The notes under the pieces are model-generated. The model was not told the DNA's origin. It ran no database searches and saw only the letters and a program-made list of their open reading frames with translations. Positions 25,183 to 44,559 of a DNA stretch of 64,000 nt are shown piece by piece. This DNA comes from Candidatus Stammera capleta (GTDB lineage: Bacteria; Pseudomonadota; Gammaproteobacteria; Enterobacterales; Enterobacteriaceae), in contig CP144822.1 in the NCBI GenBank assembly GCA_036689435.1, forward strand, positions 183,980 to 247,979, given 5' to 3'. Position 1 is the first letter of the stretch; every line of letters starts with the position of its first letter. Position numbers and translations under genes: made by a program.

Positions 25183-26967
25183 ATGCAAACATTAATTAGA
25201 AATTTTTCTATTATAGCTCATATTGATCATGGTAAATCTACATTATCTGATCGTATTATAGAAATATGTAATAACATAAAACTTAAAAAACACGAAATAA
25301 GAATATTAGATAATTTAGAAACAGAAAAAACAAGAGGTATTACTATTAAATCACAAAGTATACAATTACAATATAAATTTCAAAATATTATGTATCAATT
25401 TAATTTAATTGATACTCCAGGACATATAGATTTTACTTACGAAGTATCTAGAGCATTATATGCTAGTGAAGGAGTATTATTATTAATAGATGCTACTCAA
25501 GGTATAGAATCTCAAACATTATATCATTATAATATAGCAAAAAAATTAAATTTACAAATTATTACTATTATTAATAAAATAGATTTATTACAACATAATA
25601 TTGATATTTTATATACACAAATTTATGATCTATTAAATATAAAAAAAAAAGATATTCTTCTTTGTTCAGCAAAAACAGGATATGGTATAAAAAAAATTAT
25701 TCGTACTATTATTACTAATATACCACCACCTAAAGGAATATCAACAAAACCACTACAAGCTTTAATTATAGATAAATATTATAATGATTATTTAGGAGTA
25801 TATTTATTAGTAAAAATTTATAATGGTGTAATTAAATTAAACTCATCTATCAAATTAATAAAAAATAAAAAAAGTTATAAAATTAACAAAATTTTTATTA
25901 AAAAACCACAAATTTCACAAAAATTTCATTTATCTTGCGGAGAAGTAGGATGAATAGTATGTAATACAAAAAAAATTCAAAATTTACCTATAGGTAGCAC
26001 TATTACTACAGTATATAATTCATCAAACCATAATTTACCTGTTTTTGAAAAAATTATACCTAAAATATATGCTAGTATTTATCCTAAAAACAAACAAAAT
26101 TTTAACTATTTTAAAAAAACATTAATTAAATTAAATGCTAATGATCCCTCATTAACTTTAGAAGCAATACATACCCCACTATTAGGTTATGGATATAAAT
26201 GTGGTTTTCTAGGACTATTTCATATAGAAATTATAAAAGATAGATTAAAAACAGAATATAATTTATCTATTAATATAACACCACCTAATATTAAATATTT
26301 AATTATTTTAAAAAATAAAAAAAAAATATATATAGATAATCCTATAGATTATCCTAATAAAAGTTCCATTTATGTAACCAAAGAACCTATTTGTATATGT
26401 AATATAACTACACCTATTATTTATTTAAGTAAAATAATGAATATTTGTCTTAAAAAAAGAGGAATAAAAAAAAAAATTTCTATTTATGCTAAATACGTTG
26501 TATTACAATATAAAATACCTATGATAGAAATCATTACAAATTTTATTAATGAATTGAAATCAATTTCACATGGATATGCAAATTTTGAATATTTTTTCTG
26601 AAAATTTAAAAAAACTAATTTAATTATTATCGATATATTAATTAATAAAACTAAAATTTATGGATTATCAATATTTATTAATAAAACACATCTTAAAAAA
26701 TACAATCAAAATTATCTTAACAAGATAAAAAAACTAATACCTCAACAACAATTTGTAATAACTATACAATTAGCAAGTAATAATACAATTCTTGCTAGTA
26801 CTCATATTAAAGCTTTAAGAAAAAATGTTATCGCAAAATGTTATGGAGGTGATATAACAAGAAAAAAAAAATTATTATTCAAACAAAAACAAGGTAAAAA
26901 AAAATTAAAAAAAATGAATAATCTTTCTTTACCTAAAAATATTTTTTTTAAAATACTAAAAATATAA
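25183..26967 (+). CDS. lepA: Elongation factor 4 (LepA), 594 aa
   Basis: The motifs NFSIIAHIDHGKST, DTPGH and NKID are present, together with the LepA-specific C-terminus ..AKCYGGDITRKKKLL.KQK.GKK. Confidence 0.92.
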
Positions 26968-27009
26968 ATATATTTATAATTAAATTATCGTCTCTCATAT
27001 AATTTGTGT

Positions 27010-27960
27010 ATGTTTATGAAAAACATCAATTTATTAATTTTTATACTTATTATCATAATAAGTTTTTGAAAAATACTTACTAAATTAAATATATATAAAA
27101 AACTAATACAATATAAATATATTAAAATTATATCTAATAATTTTTATTTATATACGTGATGACAATCTTTAAACAATCTATATTTTCCTACTATTATAAT
27201 TCTTTTATTTCGTTGATTTTTATATGAACCATTTTTTATACCATCATCATCAATGATGCCTACATTATTAAATGGTGATTTTATCATAGTAGAAAAATTT
27301 ACATATAATCTTCATAATCCTTTTAATGATAACATATGGGTTTATACTAATAAACCTCAATATGGAGATATAGTAGTATTTAAATATCCTAAAAATCCTA
27401 ATATATATTATATTAAAAGAATTATAGGTTTACCATTAGATAAAATTATTTATAATGAAATTACTAAACAAATTACAGTTCATAAACCATGTTCATATAA
27501 CTCTAAAAAATATTGTTCAACTAATAATATTACTTATACAAATATAAAAAAAAGTAAATTTATTACAGAATTTATTAAAAATAATAATATAATTACAGAA
27601 TATATATGAACAAAAAATGATATTATTAAAAAACATACAAATAATTCAATTATTATTCAATTACTAGAAAAAACCGAACATATTAATAATATATCACATA
27701 AAATTTTATTAATACCTAACAATTATTTATATAATATTAATAAGAGAAAAACACACCATATTAAAACTTGGATTATACCAGAAAATATGTATTTTGTAAT
27801 GGGAGATTATAGAGATAATAGTCAAGATAGTAGATATTGAGGATATCTAAATAAAAACTTATTAATAGGTAAAGCTAAATATATTTGATTTAGTATAAAA
27901 AAACAAGAAAATCATTGACCTACAGCATTAAGAATAAATCGTATAGGTAATATTAAATAA
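27010..27960 (+). CDS. lepB: Signal peptidase I (316 aa)
   Basis: An N-terminal TM segment, box B SSSMMPTLLNGDF, YIKRIIGLP and GDYRDNSQDSRYWG are present. The start could instead be the ATG at 27016. Confidence 0.88.
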
Positions 27961-28004
27961 ATACTGTATATATCAAATGTATTACATCTAAAAACATCAA
28001 AAAT

Positions 28005-28691
28005 ATGTATTCTAATTTAATTAATCTAGAAAAAAAAATACAATATAAATTTACAGACATAAATATACTAAAATTATCATTAACACATAGAAGTTATAGT
28101 ATATATCATAATGAAAGACTAGAATTTTTAGGAGATTCTCTATTAAATTTTATTATTACTAAATACATATATAAACAATTTTCCTTTAAAAAAGAAGGAT
28201 ATATGACTAGAATAAGATCTAATTTAGTAAATAGTAAAAATTTACTCAAAATAGCAAAAACATTAAAACTAAATAAATATATTTTACTAGGACAAGGAGA
28301 AATAAAAATGAAAGGACAATATAAAAAATCTATATTATCAAATACAGTAGAAGCTATATTAGGAGCAATTTTTATAGATAGTCAAAAATTATTAATAGTA
28401 GAAAAAATAATTTATATTTTATTTATAAAAACATATAACCAAAAACAAATACATTTAATTAATAATAAAAAAGACCCTAAAACTATTCTACAAGAATATT
28501 TACAAAAATATAATTTACCTTTACCACAATATTTATTAATTAATAAAACTGGTTTAGATCATAAACAAATATTTACTGTCCAATGTATAATTAATAATTT
28601 TAATAAATATTTTTTAGGTATAGGCAATAATAAAAAGGAAGCAGAACAAATAGCTGCTAAAAAAACTTTAATTAAATTAGGAATTTTATAA
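28005..28691 (+). CDS. rnc: Ribonuclease III (228 aa)
   Basis: The signature ERLEFLGDS and a C-terminal dsRBD with ..KKEAEQIAA are present. The lepB-rnc-era synteny is conserved. Confidence 0.92.
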   Translation: MYSNLINLEKKIQYKFTDINILKLSLTHRSYSIYHNERLEFLGDSLLNFIITKYIYKQFSFKKEGYMTRIRSNLVNSKNLLKIAKTLKLNKYILLGQGEIKMKGQYKKSILSNTVEAILGAIFIDSQKLLIVEKIIYILFIKTYNQKQIHLINNKKDPKTILQEYLQKYNLPLPQYLLINKTGLDHKQIFTVQCIINNFNKYFLGIGNNKKEAEQIAAKKTLIKLGIL

Positions 28692-28728
28692 ATATAATTA
28701 CTATTTAAGATATTATCTTCTTTTATAT

Positions 28729-29592
28729 ATGCAAAAATGTCTTGTTATTTCTATTATAGGTAATACTAATACAGGTAAATCTACACTATTTAATCAATTA
28801 ATTCAAAAAAAAATTTCCATTACATCTAATAAAAAACATACAACTATAAAACAAATTATAGGAGTACATACTAAAAAAAATAAACAATATATATATATTG
28901 ATAATCCCGGTATAGATAATATTAATCCCGAAGTATACCTAAAAAAAATGAATAGTTTTATAAAAAAAAATATTTCTATTAATAACTATCCTGATATATA
29001 TATACTTACATTATATAAAAAAACAAATTTTACTATTCAAAAAATAATTAAAATAATTCTTCATAAAGATATACCTCTTATTATTATTTTAACTAAAATT
29101 GATAAATTTTCTAAATGTATGTTATTAACATACATTAAACAACTCCAAAAATATCAAATACCTATTTTACCTATATCAACAAAAAAAAAAAAACATATTT
29201 TATATATAAAAAATATATTAAAAAAATATTTAATACATAAAAAACATTTTTTTCACAAACAATATTTAACTAATTTAAATAATAAACAATATTTATTAGA
29301 ATTATTACGTGAAAAAGTTATGAGATTAACTGGAGAAGAAATACCATATTCTATATATTATAAATTAATTAATTTTGTAAAAAATAGTAAAATATTTATA
29401 CATATTAATATTTTTATTAAAAAGTTACAACACAAAAAAATATTAATAGGTACAAAAGGGAAAAAAATTAAAAAAATTATTGCATTATATAAACATGATA
29501 TATGTAATTATTATCACATATGGAATAAAAAATTAGTTAAAATAATAATAGTTATTAAACATATACAAAAACATAATTTACAAAAAATATAA
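28729..29592 (+). CDS. era: GTPase Era (287 aa)
   Basis: The G1 motif GNTNTGKST, DNPG, TKID and a C-terminal KH-like region are present. The gene sits immediately after rnc. Confidence 0.85.
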   Translation: MQKCLVISIIGNTNTGKSTLFNQLIQKKISITSNKKHTTIKQIIGVHTKKNKQYIYIDNPGIDNINPEVYLKKMNSFIKKNISINNYPDIYILTLYKKTNFTIQKIIKIILHKDIPLIIILTKIDKFSKCMLLTYIKQLQKYQIPILPISTKKKKHILYIKNILKKYLIHKKHFFHKQYLTNLNNKQYLLELLREKVMRLTGEEIPYSIYYKLINFVKNSKIFIHINIFIKKLQHKKILIGTKGKKIKKIIALYKHDICNYYHIWNKKLVKIIIVIKHIQKHNLQKI

Positions 29593-29895
29593 TATTACTT
29601 ATTGAAAACTTTCATTATAAATTACAAATAAAATTTTAATAAATATTATTTATATATATTTAACTATAAAATAAATATTTTATAACTAATAATAAAAAAA
29701 ATATATTTTATTTATTAATAATAAATATATAAAAATACAGATACCTATAAGGTCTACTAAATATAGTAATATTACCCATTAACATATAAAAAAATAATAA
29801 AATTAATATAATAAAAAATAAGATTTCTTAATAAAAATATATATAATTATTTACATAATATTAAAAATTTTTTATTTTTATATTATATATAAAAT

Positions 29896-29975
29896 AATAA
29901 TTCTATATTAAAATATAATATAATATAATTAAATATATAAAACTATATTATATTAGTAAATAATATAGAATTATT
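29896..29975. repeat. Perfect 15-bp inverted repeat with a 50-nt spacer
   Basis: The arm aataattctatatta (29896-29910) is the exact reverse complement of taatatagaattatt (29961-29975). The repeat lies inside the 610-nt non-coding stretch after era. Confidence 0.7.
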
Positions 29976-30115
29976 CTTACATGAATTAATAAATTTTATA
30001 TTTACCTATTAAATCACTATATGAAAATAATATTTTACTAATATTAAATTAATATAAAAAACATATTATAATCATTATAAAAATTATATTTTTTTTAATA
30101 TAAATATATAAATTA

Positions 30116-30154
30116 ACTTAATAGTAAGATAATATCTATAACTTACTATTAAGT
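30116..30154. repeat. 13-bp inverted repeat (hairpin with a 13-nt loop) upstream of ung
   Basis: The arm acttaatagtaag (30116-30128) pairs with cttactattaagt (30142-30154), 49 nt before the ung ATG. Confidence 0.6.
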
Positions 30155-30202
30155 AAAAAAAATATCTAATATATATTAAAAAATATATTTCCTTCATATT
30201 AT

Positions 30203-30856
30203 ATGATCACCTGAAAACAATTATTTTTAATAGAAAAACAAAAAAAATATTTTCAATATCTTAATATTTTTTTAAATAAAGAATATCAAAAAAAAACTAT
30301 TTATCCATTAAAAAATAATATTTTTAACGCATTTATATATACACCATTTAACCAAATTAAAGTAGTAATTATAGGACAAGATCCATATCATGATATTAAT
30401 CATGCACACGGTTTAGCTTTTTCAGTCTTACCTACATCATTAAAAATACCTCCTTCACTTAATAATATTTTTAAAGAAATAAAACATGAATTTCCTAACT
30501 ATCATATTCCTAATAATGGATGTTTAATAAAATGAGCTCAACAAGGTATATTACTATTAAATAGTATATTAACTGTAGAAGCACATAAACCTACATCACA
30601 CAAAAATATAGGATGAGAAATTTTTACAAATAATATTATTACTTATATTAATAAATATTGTAAAAACATTATTTTTTTATTATGAGGACAATATGCACTA
30701 CAAAAAAAAAAATTTATTAATCCTAAAAAACATATCATTTTATATACCTCACATCCTTCTAACTATTCTTTTAATAAAGGTTTTAGAGAATGTAATCATT
30801 TTATTACTACTAATAATATATTAACAAAATATAATAAATCTATTATTATTTGATAA
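30203..30856 (+). CDS. ung: Uracil-DNA glycosylase (217 aa)
   Basis: The sequence starts MITWKQLF..EKQKKYF. The motifs VVIIGQDPYH and AHGLAFSV are present, followed by the HPS loop region. Confidence 0.9.
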
Positions 30857-30888
30857 ATATACATATAACTAATTTTTTTCTAAAAAAA

Positions 30889-31875
30889 TTAGAGACTTAA
30901 AATTAAATCAATTTTTTGTTTAGCTATAACATTAGCTTGTTCAGCTCCTGATAATAATAAATCTAACAAATATTTCTTTTGATTATAATAATAAAAATAT
31001 TTTTGTTGTATAGAAAATAAAAATTTATTCAATTGAAATGATAAATATTCTTTAAATTTACTATAAGTAGCATATAAAAAAAAATTTTCTCATTTAGATA
31101 TAGAAATATTACTTATTCCCGATAAAATAGTTAATAAATTAGAAATACCTGGTTTATTTATATTATCAAATACAATTTTATGATCTATATCTGAATCAGT
31201 AACAGCATGTTGTATCTTATAAATAACTCTTTCCGGATTATCTAATAATAACAAACTATTATTTATATTTTTATCAGACTTAGACATTTTTTTATTAGGA
31301 TCTAATAATGCCATTATTTTATTAAAATATTTAGATAATAAATATTTAGGTTTTAAAAAAATTTGTCCTTTATAAAAATTATGATATTTATCAACTAAAT
31401 TTCTAGTAAATTCCAAATGTTGTATCTGATCTTTACCAATAGGTACATAAGATGTATTATATAATAATATGTCAGCAGCCATCAAAACAGGATAACTAAA
31501 TAAACCCATATTACAATATGATCAATTTTTTTGTTGAAACAAAGATTTAAACTGAGTCATTCTTTTAAGCTCACCTATACATGAAAAACAATTTAATACT
31601 CAATATAATTGAGTATGTGCTGGTACATGAGATTGTAAAAAAATAACACATCTTTGGGGATTTATACCTATAGCTAATAACATAGATAATATACTATATA
31701 TATAGTTATGTAACAATTGTTTGTGATAATACAAAGTCATAGCATGTAAATCTACAATACAATAATAACAATTAAACTTATTCTGTAATCGTAATCATTG
31801 TCTAAAGATACCTAAATAATGACCTATTGTTAATATACCAGTAGGTTGAATACCACTAAATACTATTTTAGACAT
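30889..31875 (-). CDS. trpS: Tryptophanyl-tRNA synthetase (328 aa)
   Basis: The sequence begins MSKIVFSGIQPTGILTIGHYLG. The motifs AADILLY, VPIGKDQIQHLE and KMSKS are present. Track ORF 31090 is extended in frame in both directions. Confidence 0.9.
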
Positions 31876-31893
31876 TTATTATTAATCACTAAA

Positions 31894-36120
<4,227 letters not shown>

Positions 36121-36147
36121 AAATTAACTAAATACAAAACTATTGAA

Positions 36148-40188
<4,041 letters not shown>

Positions 40189-40248
40189 AATATTTACTTT
40201 AATTATAAATTATATAAATATTATTAATTAAAAAAAAATATAATTTAA

Positions 40249-40614
40249 TTATTTTATTTCTACTACTGCTCCTACTTCTGTTAAAGATTTTTGTAAAACA
40301 TCAACTTCTTTTTTAGATATTTTTGCTTTAATTAATACAGGAGAAGATTCTACTAAATCTTTAGCTTCTTTTAACCCAATTTGTAAATAACTACGTATTA
40401 CTTTAATAACAGCAATTTTATTAGTACCAATATTTTGTAAATAACAATCATATTCAGTTTTAATTTCTACAGGAGAAATTTCTTTTTGATTAAAATTAGT
40501 ATAATTATCAGCTGTAATATTAAATTTTTTTTCTATATCATTAATTAAATCTACTATTTCTAATAGTGACATAGAATATATTTTTTCTAAAATTTGCTCT
40601 TTTGTAATTTCCAT
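40249..40614 (-). CDS. rplL: 50S ribosomal protein L7/L12
   Basis: This is a 121-aa ORF with the motif GLKEAKDLVE, in the conserved rplJL-rpoBC position. Confidence 0.93.
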   Translation of the reverse strand: MEITKEQILEKIYSMSLLEIVDLINDIEKKFNITADNYTNFNQKEISPVEIKTEYDCYLQNIGTNKIAVIKVIRSYLQIGLKEAKDLVESSPVLIKAKISKKEVDVLQKSLTEVGAVVEIK

Positions 40615-40651
40615 TATATTAACACTAAAAATAAAAATATTTTATAAATAA

Positions 40652-41146
40652 TTATTTTTTAAAATTTTTAACTATAGTTAATAAATTTAATAATCGATTA
40701 ATAGTTACTTTTTTAAGTAATTTACCTAAAATAAATAATGCTATTTCTTTTGTATAAATAAAAGACAATTTTATAAAAACACTATATGTTATACATTTCT
40801 TATCAAAAATTAAATCTCTTATTATTAATTTATCTTTATATTTTTCTATATAAAAAATTAATAATTTATTAATAATAAATAAATTAAGAAAAACATAAAT
40901 CACTATAGTAGGTCCTACTATTGGTTGTATTAAAGACTTATAATATGTATTATTAATAACTAATTTAAATAAATTATTATGTATAACTTGTACAAAAGCA
41001 TTATAATGATTAAAACTACTACGTAAAATATTTAATTCATTAGATGATAAATTTTTATAATTCATTATTATCAACATAGTCGTTTTACTAATATATTTTT
41101 GAGTAGTAGATACTATTTTCCTTTTAATATCATAATTTAAAACCAT
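40652..41146 (-). CDS. rplJ: 50S ribosomal protein L10
   Basis: This is a 164-aa ORF between rplA and rplL. The sequence is diverged, so the call rests mainly on conserved operon position and size. Confidence 0.75.
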   Translation of the reverse strand: MVLNYDIKRKIVSTTQKYISKTTMLIIMNYKNLSSNELNILRSSFNHYNAFVQVIHNNLFKLVINNTYYKSLIQPIVGPTIVIYVFLNLFIINKLLIFYIEKYKDKLIIRDLIFDKKCITYSVFIKLSFIYTKEIALFILGKLLKKVTINRLLNLLTIVKNFKK

Positions 41147-41170
41147 ACATATCCTTTTAAAATAAAATTA

Positions 41171-41842
41171 CTAAACATTTATTTTTAAATGATAACTTTT
41201 TCCCATAGTACTAGAAATATATATTGAATCAATAATAGGAATATATTTATTATTCCAATATCTATAATTTTTAACAGAATTAATTAAACAAATTAAATTA
41301 TCATACAAATGTTTACTACTGCTTTTAATAGTCCCTATTATCGTATGAATAATACCATATTTATCATTTTTATATATTACTTGATAACATAAAAATTTTT
41401 TAATACTATCTAATAAATGATCTGTTAAAGTACCTAACCTATTATTAGGAATTAAATTTCTTGGTCCTAAAATAGAACCTAATTCTCTTAATTCTTGTAC
41501 ATAATCAGGAGTAGATAGTAAAATATTAAATTTAATATTTTTTTTAAGTATATTCTTTTTTAATGTATTAAAACCTACAACATATGCACCCGCTTTATAA
41601 AAATCTTCTTTATTTACATTAGAAGTAAAAACAGCTATTTTTTTATTTTTACCTAAATTATAAGGATATAATACAGTATTATAAATTAATAATTGATTAA
41701 GATATTTTTTTTTAATATTTAAATTAATAGATACATCTACAGACTCCAAAAATTTTTTCTTACTATTTTTTTTAAGAATATGAAAAATATGAAGAATACT
41801 ATTTTTTATATTAATATTATCACTATATATATTTTTTTTCAT
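41171..41842 (-). CDS. rplA: 50S ribosomal protein L1
   Basis: This is a 223-aa ORF with LGPRNLIPN and STMGK motifs, between rplK and rplJ. Confidence 0.88.
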   Translation of the reverse strand: MKKNIYSDNINIKNSILHIFHILKKNSKKKFLESVDVSINLNIKKKYLNQLLIYNTVLYPYNLGKNKKIAVFTSNVNKEDFYKAGAYVVGFNTLKKNILKKNIKFNILLSTPDYVQELRELGSILGPRNLIPNNRLGTLTDHLLDSIKKFLCYQVIYKNDKYGIIHTIIGTIKSSSKHLYDNLICLINSVKNYRYWNNKYIPIIDSIYISSTMGKSYHLKINV

Positions 41843-41850
41843 ATATAAAA

Positions 41851-42279
41851 TTATTCTTTTATATCAATACCCATTGATTTAGCTGTACCAGAAATAGATT
41901 TAATAATAGAACTAATATCTTGACCATCCATATCTATTTTTTTAATATTAGCTATTTTTAATATATTTTTATATAAAATAGTAGATATTATATTATGACC
42001 TGGTTTATCAGAACCTTTCTTAAGAGATAATTCTTTTTTTAACAATACAGTAACAGAAGGAGTTTTAATAATATAGGTAAAACTACGATCACTATTAACT
42101 GTTAATAAAACAGGTAAAATTAAACCTTTTTCTAATGATTTAGTCCTTTCATTAAAAGATTTACAAAAATCCATTATATTAATACCTTTTTGACCTAAAG
42201 CTGGTCCTACAGGAGGACTCGGATTTGCTAAACCTGCTGGAACTAATAATTTAACATAAGATACTTTGAGTTTTAACAT
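41851..42279 (-). CDS. rplK: 50S ribosomal protein L11
   Basis: The motif VKLLVPAGLANPSPPVGPALGQKGINIMDFCKSFN is present. Confidence 0.95.
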   Translation of the reverse strand: MLKLKVSYVKLLVPAGLANPSPPVGPALGQKGINIMDFCKSFNERTKSLEKGLILPVLLTVNSDRSFTYIIKTPSVTVLLKKELSLKKGSDKPGHNIISTILYKNILKIANIKKIDMDGQDISSIIKSISGTAKSMGIDIKE

Positions 42280-42330
42280 ATTTATAAATATAGATTATAT
42301 ATATATATTTAACAAATATATATTATTAAA

Positions 42331-42879
42331 TTAATTTTTTTCTACTTGTGAAAAATCTAATTCTACTGGAGTAAAACGTCCGAAAATAGAAACAGAAACT
42401 TTTAATCTATTTTTATCATAATCTACTTCTTCTACCACACCATTAAAATCAGTAAAAGGACCATTATTAACACGTATTTTTTCACCTAAATCATATACAA
42501 TTTTAGGTACTAATTTACCATCTATTTGTTGTAATTTCTGTTTAATAACTAAAATTTCTTTTTTATTCATAGGTAAAGGATAACCTAAATCCCCACCAAT
42601 AAAGCCCATAATACGAGGTATACTACGTACCAAATATCAATTTCTTTCATTCATTACCATATGAATTAAAAAATAACCTGGATAAAATCGTCTTTCACTT
42701 TTTTTACGTACTCCTTTTTTAATTTCTACAACTTTTTCAGTAGGAATTAAAATATCTCCGAATTCATTTTGCAATTTATATAAATTAATATAATTTTTTA
42801 GTGAGGTAACTGCTTTATTTTCAAAACTTGAAAAAACTTGTACTACATATCACAGTTTCTTATTTTTAATATTAAACAT
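42331..42879 (-). CDS. nusG: Transcription termination/antitermination factor NusG (182 aa)
   Basis: Track ORF 42331-42633 extends upstream through TGA codons to the ATG at 42877-42879. This gives [56 protein letters not shown].. Confidence 0.92.
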
Positions 42880-42884
42880 AATAA

Positions 42885-43253
42885 CTACCTTAAATCAGTA
42901 ATAAAAGAAATAATTTTTAATAACATTAAATCTATAACTCAAACTAAACAAGATACTAAAATACTAAAAATACACACAATAATAGTCAAATATAATGTAT
43001 CTTTTCAAGTCGGCCAATATAAAGAAATAACTTCTAATTTAGATTTATTAAAAAATATAATAATTTTTTTTAATAAAAAAGTAGTTTTTAATAAATAAAA
43101 TAATCAAAAAGATGTAATCATATTAATAATTAATTTAATAAATAAAAATAAATTAGAACTAAAATAATTAATTTTTATTAATATTGTAACTAATAGTGAT
43201 ATAACTAATCATTTAGAATATTTATGTAATATATCTCAACAACTTTTTATCAT
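42885..43253 (-). CDS. secE: Preprotein translocase subunit SecE (122 aa, three-TM type)
   Basis: The minus frame is free of TAA/TAG, checked by hand. The C-terminus KSKLEVISLYWPTWKDTLYLTIIVCIFSILVSCLVWVIDLMLLKIISFITDLR parallels E. coli SecE. The gene lies directly upstream of nusG. Confidence 0.85.
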
Positions 43254-43381
43254 ATATGTATGTAATAAAACGATATTAAACAATAAATTATTATTAATTA
43301 TGATATATAATATATTTATATCAAAATATAAAACATTTTAATAATAATAATATTAAATTAATTTAATTTATATAAATATAT

Positions 43382-43852
43382 TTATTTTAGATAATATCTA
43401 TGCTTTAAAAAAAAAATCTCCAAATTATGCATTAAATAATAGTTAATATCATCATTATGATGATAACCTAAAATATGTAACATCCCATGAATTAATACTC
43501 TACATAAATAATTTTTATTATATTTATAATTAATACAATGAAAAACTATTTCTGTACAAATAATAATTTCTCCTAAAGGTATTTTAAATAAAAAAAATAT
43601 TTTTTTATTATTATTATATAAATATAAATTACTAAAAGATAAAACATTAGTAACAGTATTTTTTTTTTTATACAAATTATTAAAATATAACATTTGTATT
43701 TTATTTACAAATATGATATTAATCATACCTTTTAAATTAAAAAACTGAAATATGTTATATATAACAATCTTAATATCATTAGTATATTGTTTATAAACAA
43801 TAAAATCTTCACATATATTATATATATGATATTTATCATTATTTTTTTTCAT
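43382..43852 (-). CDS. ybeY: Endoribonuclease YbeY (156 aa)
   Basis: The zinc motif HGMLHILGYHH is present, and the gene lies downstream of phoH/ybeZ. Confidence 0.88.
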   Translation of the reverse strand: MKKNNDKYHIYNICEDFIVYKQYTNDIKIVIYNIFQFFNLKGMINIIFVNKIQMLYFNNLYKKKNTVTNVLSFSNLYLYNNNKKIFFLFKIPLGEIIICTEIVFHCINYKYNKNYLCRVLIHGMLHILGYHHNDDINYYLMHNLEIFFLKHRYYLK

Positions 43853-43861
43853 ATAAAAATA

Positions 43862-44467
43862 TTAATTATTTAATTCATAAACTTTAATTATATTAGCTAC
43901 TATATTAGACCTCATAACATCATTCACACTAAAAAAAGTAAAACCAATATCAGTAACATTTTGAAAAATTTTTAAAGCATGTACTAATCCTGATGTAATA
44001 TGATTAGGTAAATCAATTTGTGATATATCTCCATTAATAACAGCTTTTGTATTAAAACCTAAACGAGTTAGAAACATCTTCATCTGTTGTTTAGTAGTAT
44101 TCTGTGCTTCATCTAAAATAATAAAAGAATCATTAAAAGTACGACCACGCATATAAGCTAAAGGTACTACTTCAATAATATTATTAAATAAATATTTTTT
44201 ATTATAATCAGATCCTAAAAGTTCAAACAACACATCATATATAGGAGATAAATAAGGATCTATTTTTTGTGTGAAATTACCAGGTAAAAAACCTAATCTT
44301 TCTCCAGCTTCTACTATAGGTCTAGCTAAAATAATACGATAAATTTTACGTTTTTTTAATAAATTTATAGCTGCAGCTGTAGCTAAATATGTTTTTCCTG
44401 TACCAGATACACCCACACCAAAAGTAATGATTTTATTAAAAATATTCTTTAAATACTTTAACTGCAT
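43862..44467 (-). CDS. ybeZ: PhoH-like ATPase (YbeZ family), ATPase core only; the start is uncertain
   Basis: Walker A GVSGTGKTYLA, GFLPG and ILDEAQN are present. Homology (IQPRT) extends upstream of the listed ATG, and the frame stays open to 44548 without an ATG, so a non-ATG start is possible. Confidence 0.8.
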   Translation of the reverse strand: MQLKYLKNIFNKIITFGVGVSGTGKTYLATAAAINLLKKRKIYRIILARPIVEAGERLGFLPGNFTQKIDPYLSPIYDVLFELLGSDYNKKYLFNNIIEVVPLAYMRGRTFNDSFIILDEAQNTTKQQMKMFLTRLGFNTKAVINGDISQIDLPNHITSGLVHALKIFQNVTDIGFTFFSVNDVMRSNIVANIIKVYELNN

Positions 44468-44559
44468 TTTAGTTCTAGGTTGAATTAAACTATATTTACT
44501 ACATAATGAAAATGTAATATAATTTTTTTTTTTTTGATAATCATATTTTTAACAAATAA

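Noticed and set aside
29593-30202. The large spacer as a replication origin with DnaA boxes, or as a CRISPR-like array.
   Set aside because: I found no TTATCCACA-like 9-mers in either orientation and no regularly spaced repeat-spacer pattern. The flanking genes converge rather than diverge, which fits a terminus-side or eroded-gene explanation better.
42838-43098. The 86-aa plus-strand ORF in the track.
   Set aside because: It lies antisense to secE and the start of nusG, whose products have clear homology. It is a shadow ORF typical of AT-rich DNA.
44468-44548. A possible frameshift or pseudogenisation of the PhoH-like gene, because homology (IQPRT) precedes its first ATG.
   Set aside because: The frame is open and continuous upstream, so a non-ATG start (ATT or ATA, allowed in table 4) or a slightly shorter protein explains it without invoking decay. 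The ATPase core motifs are intact.
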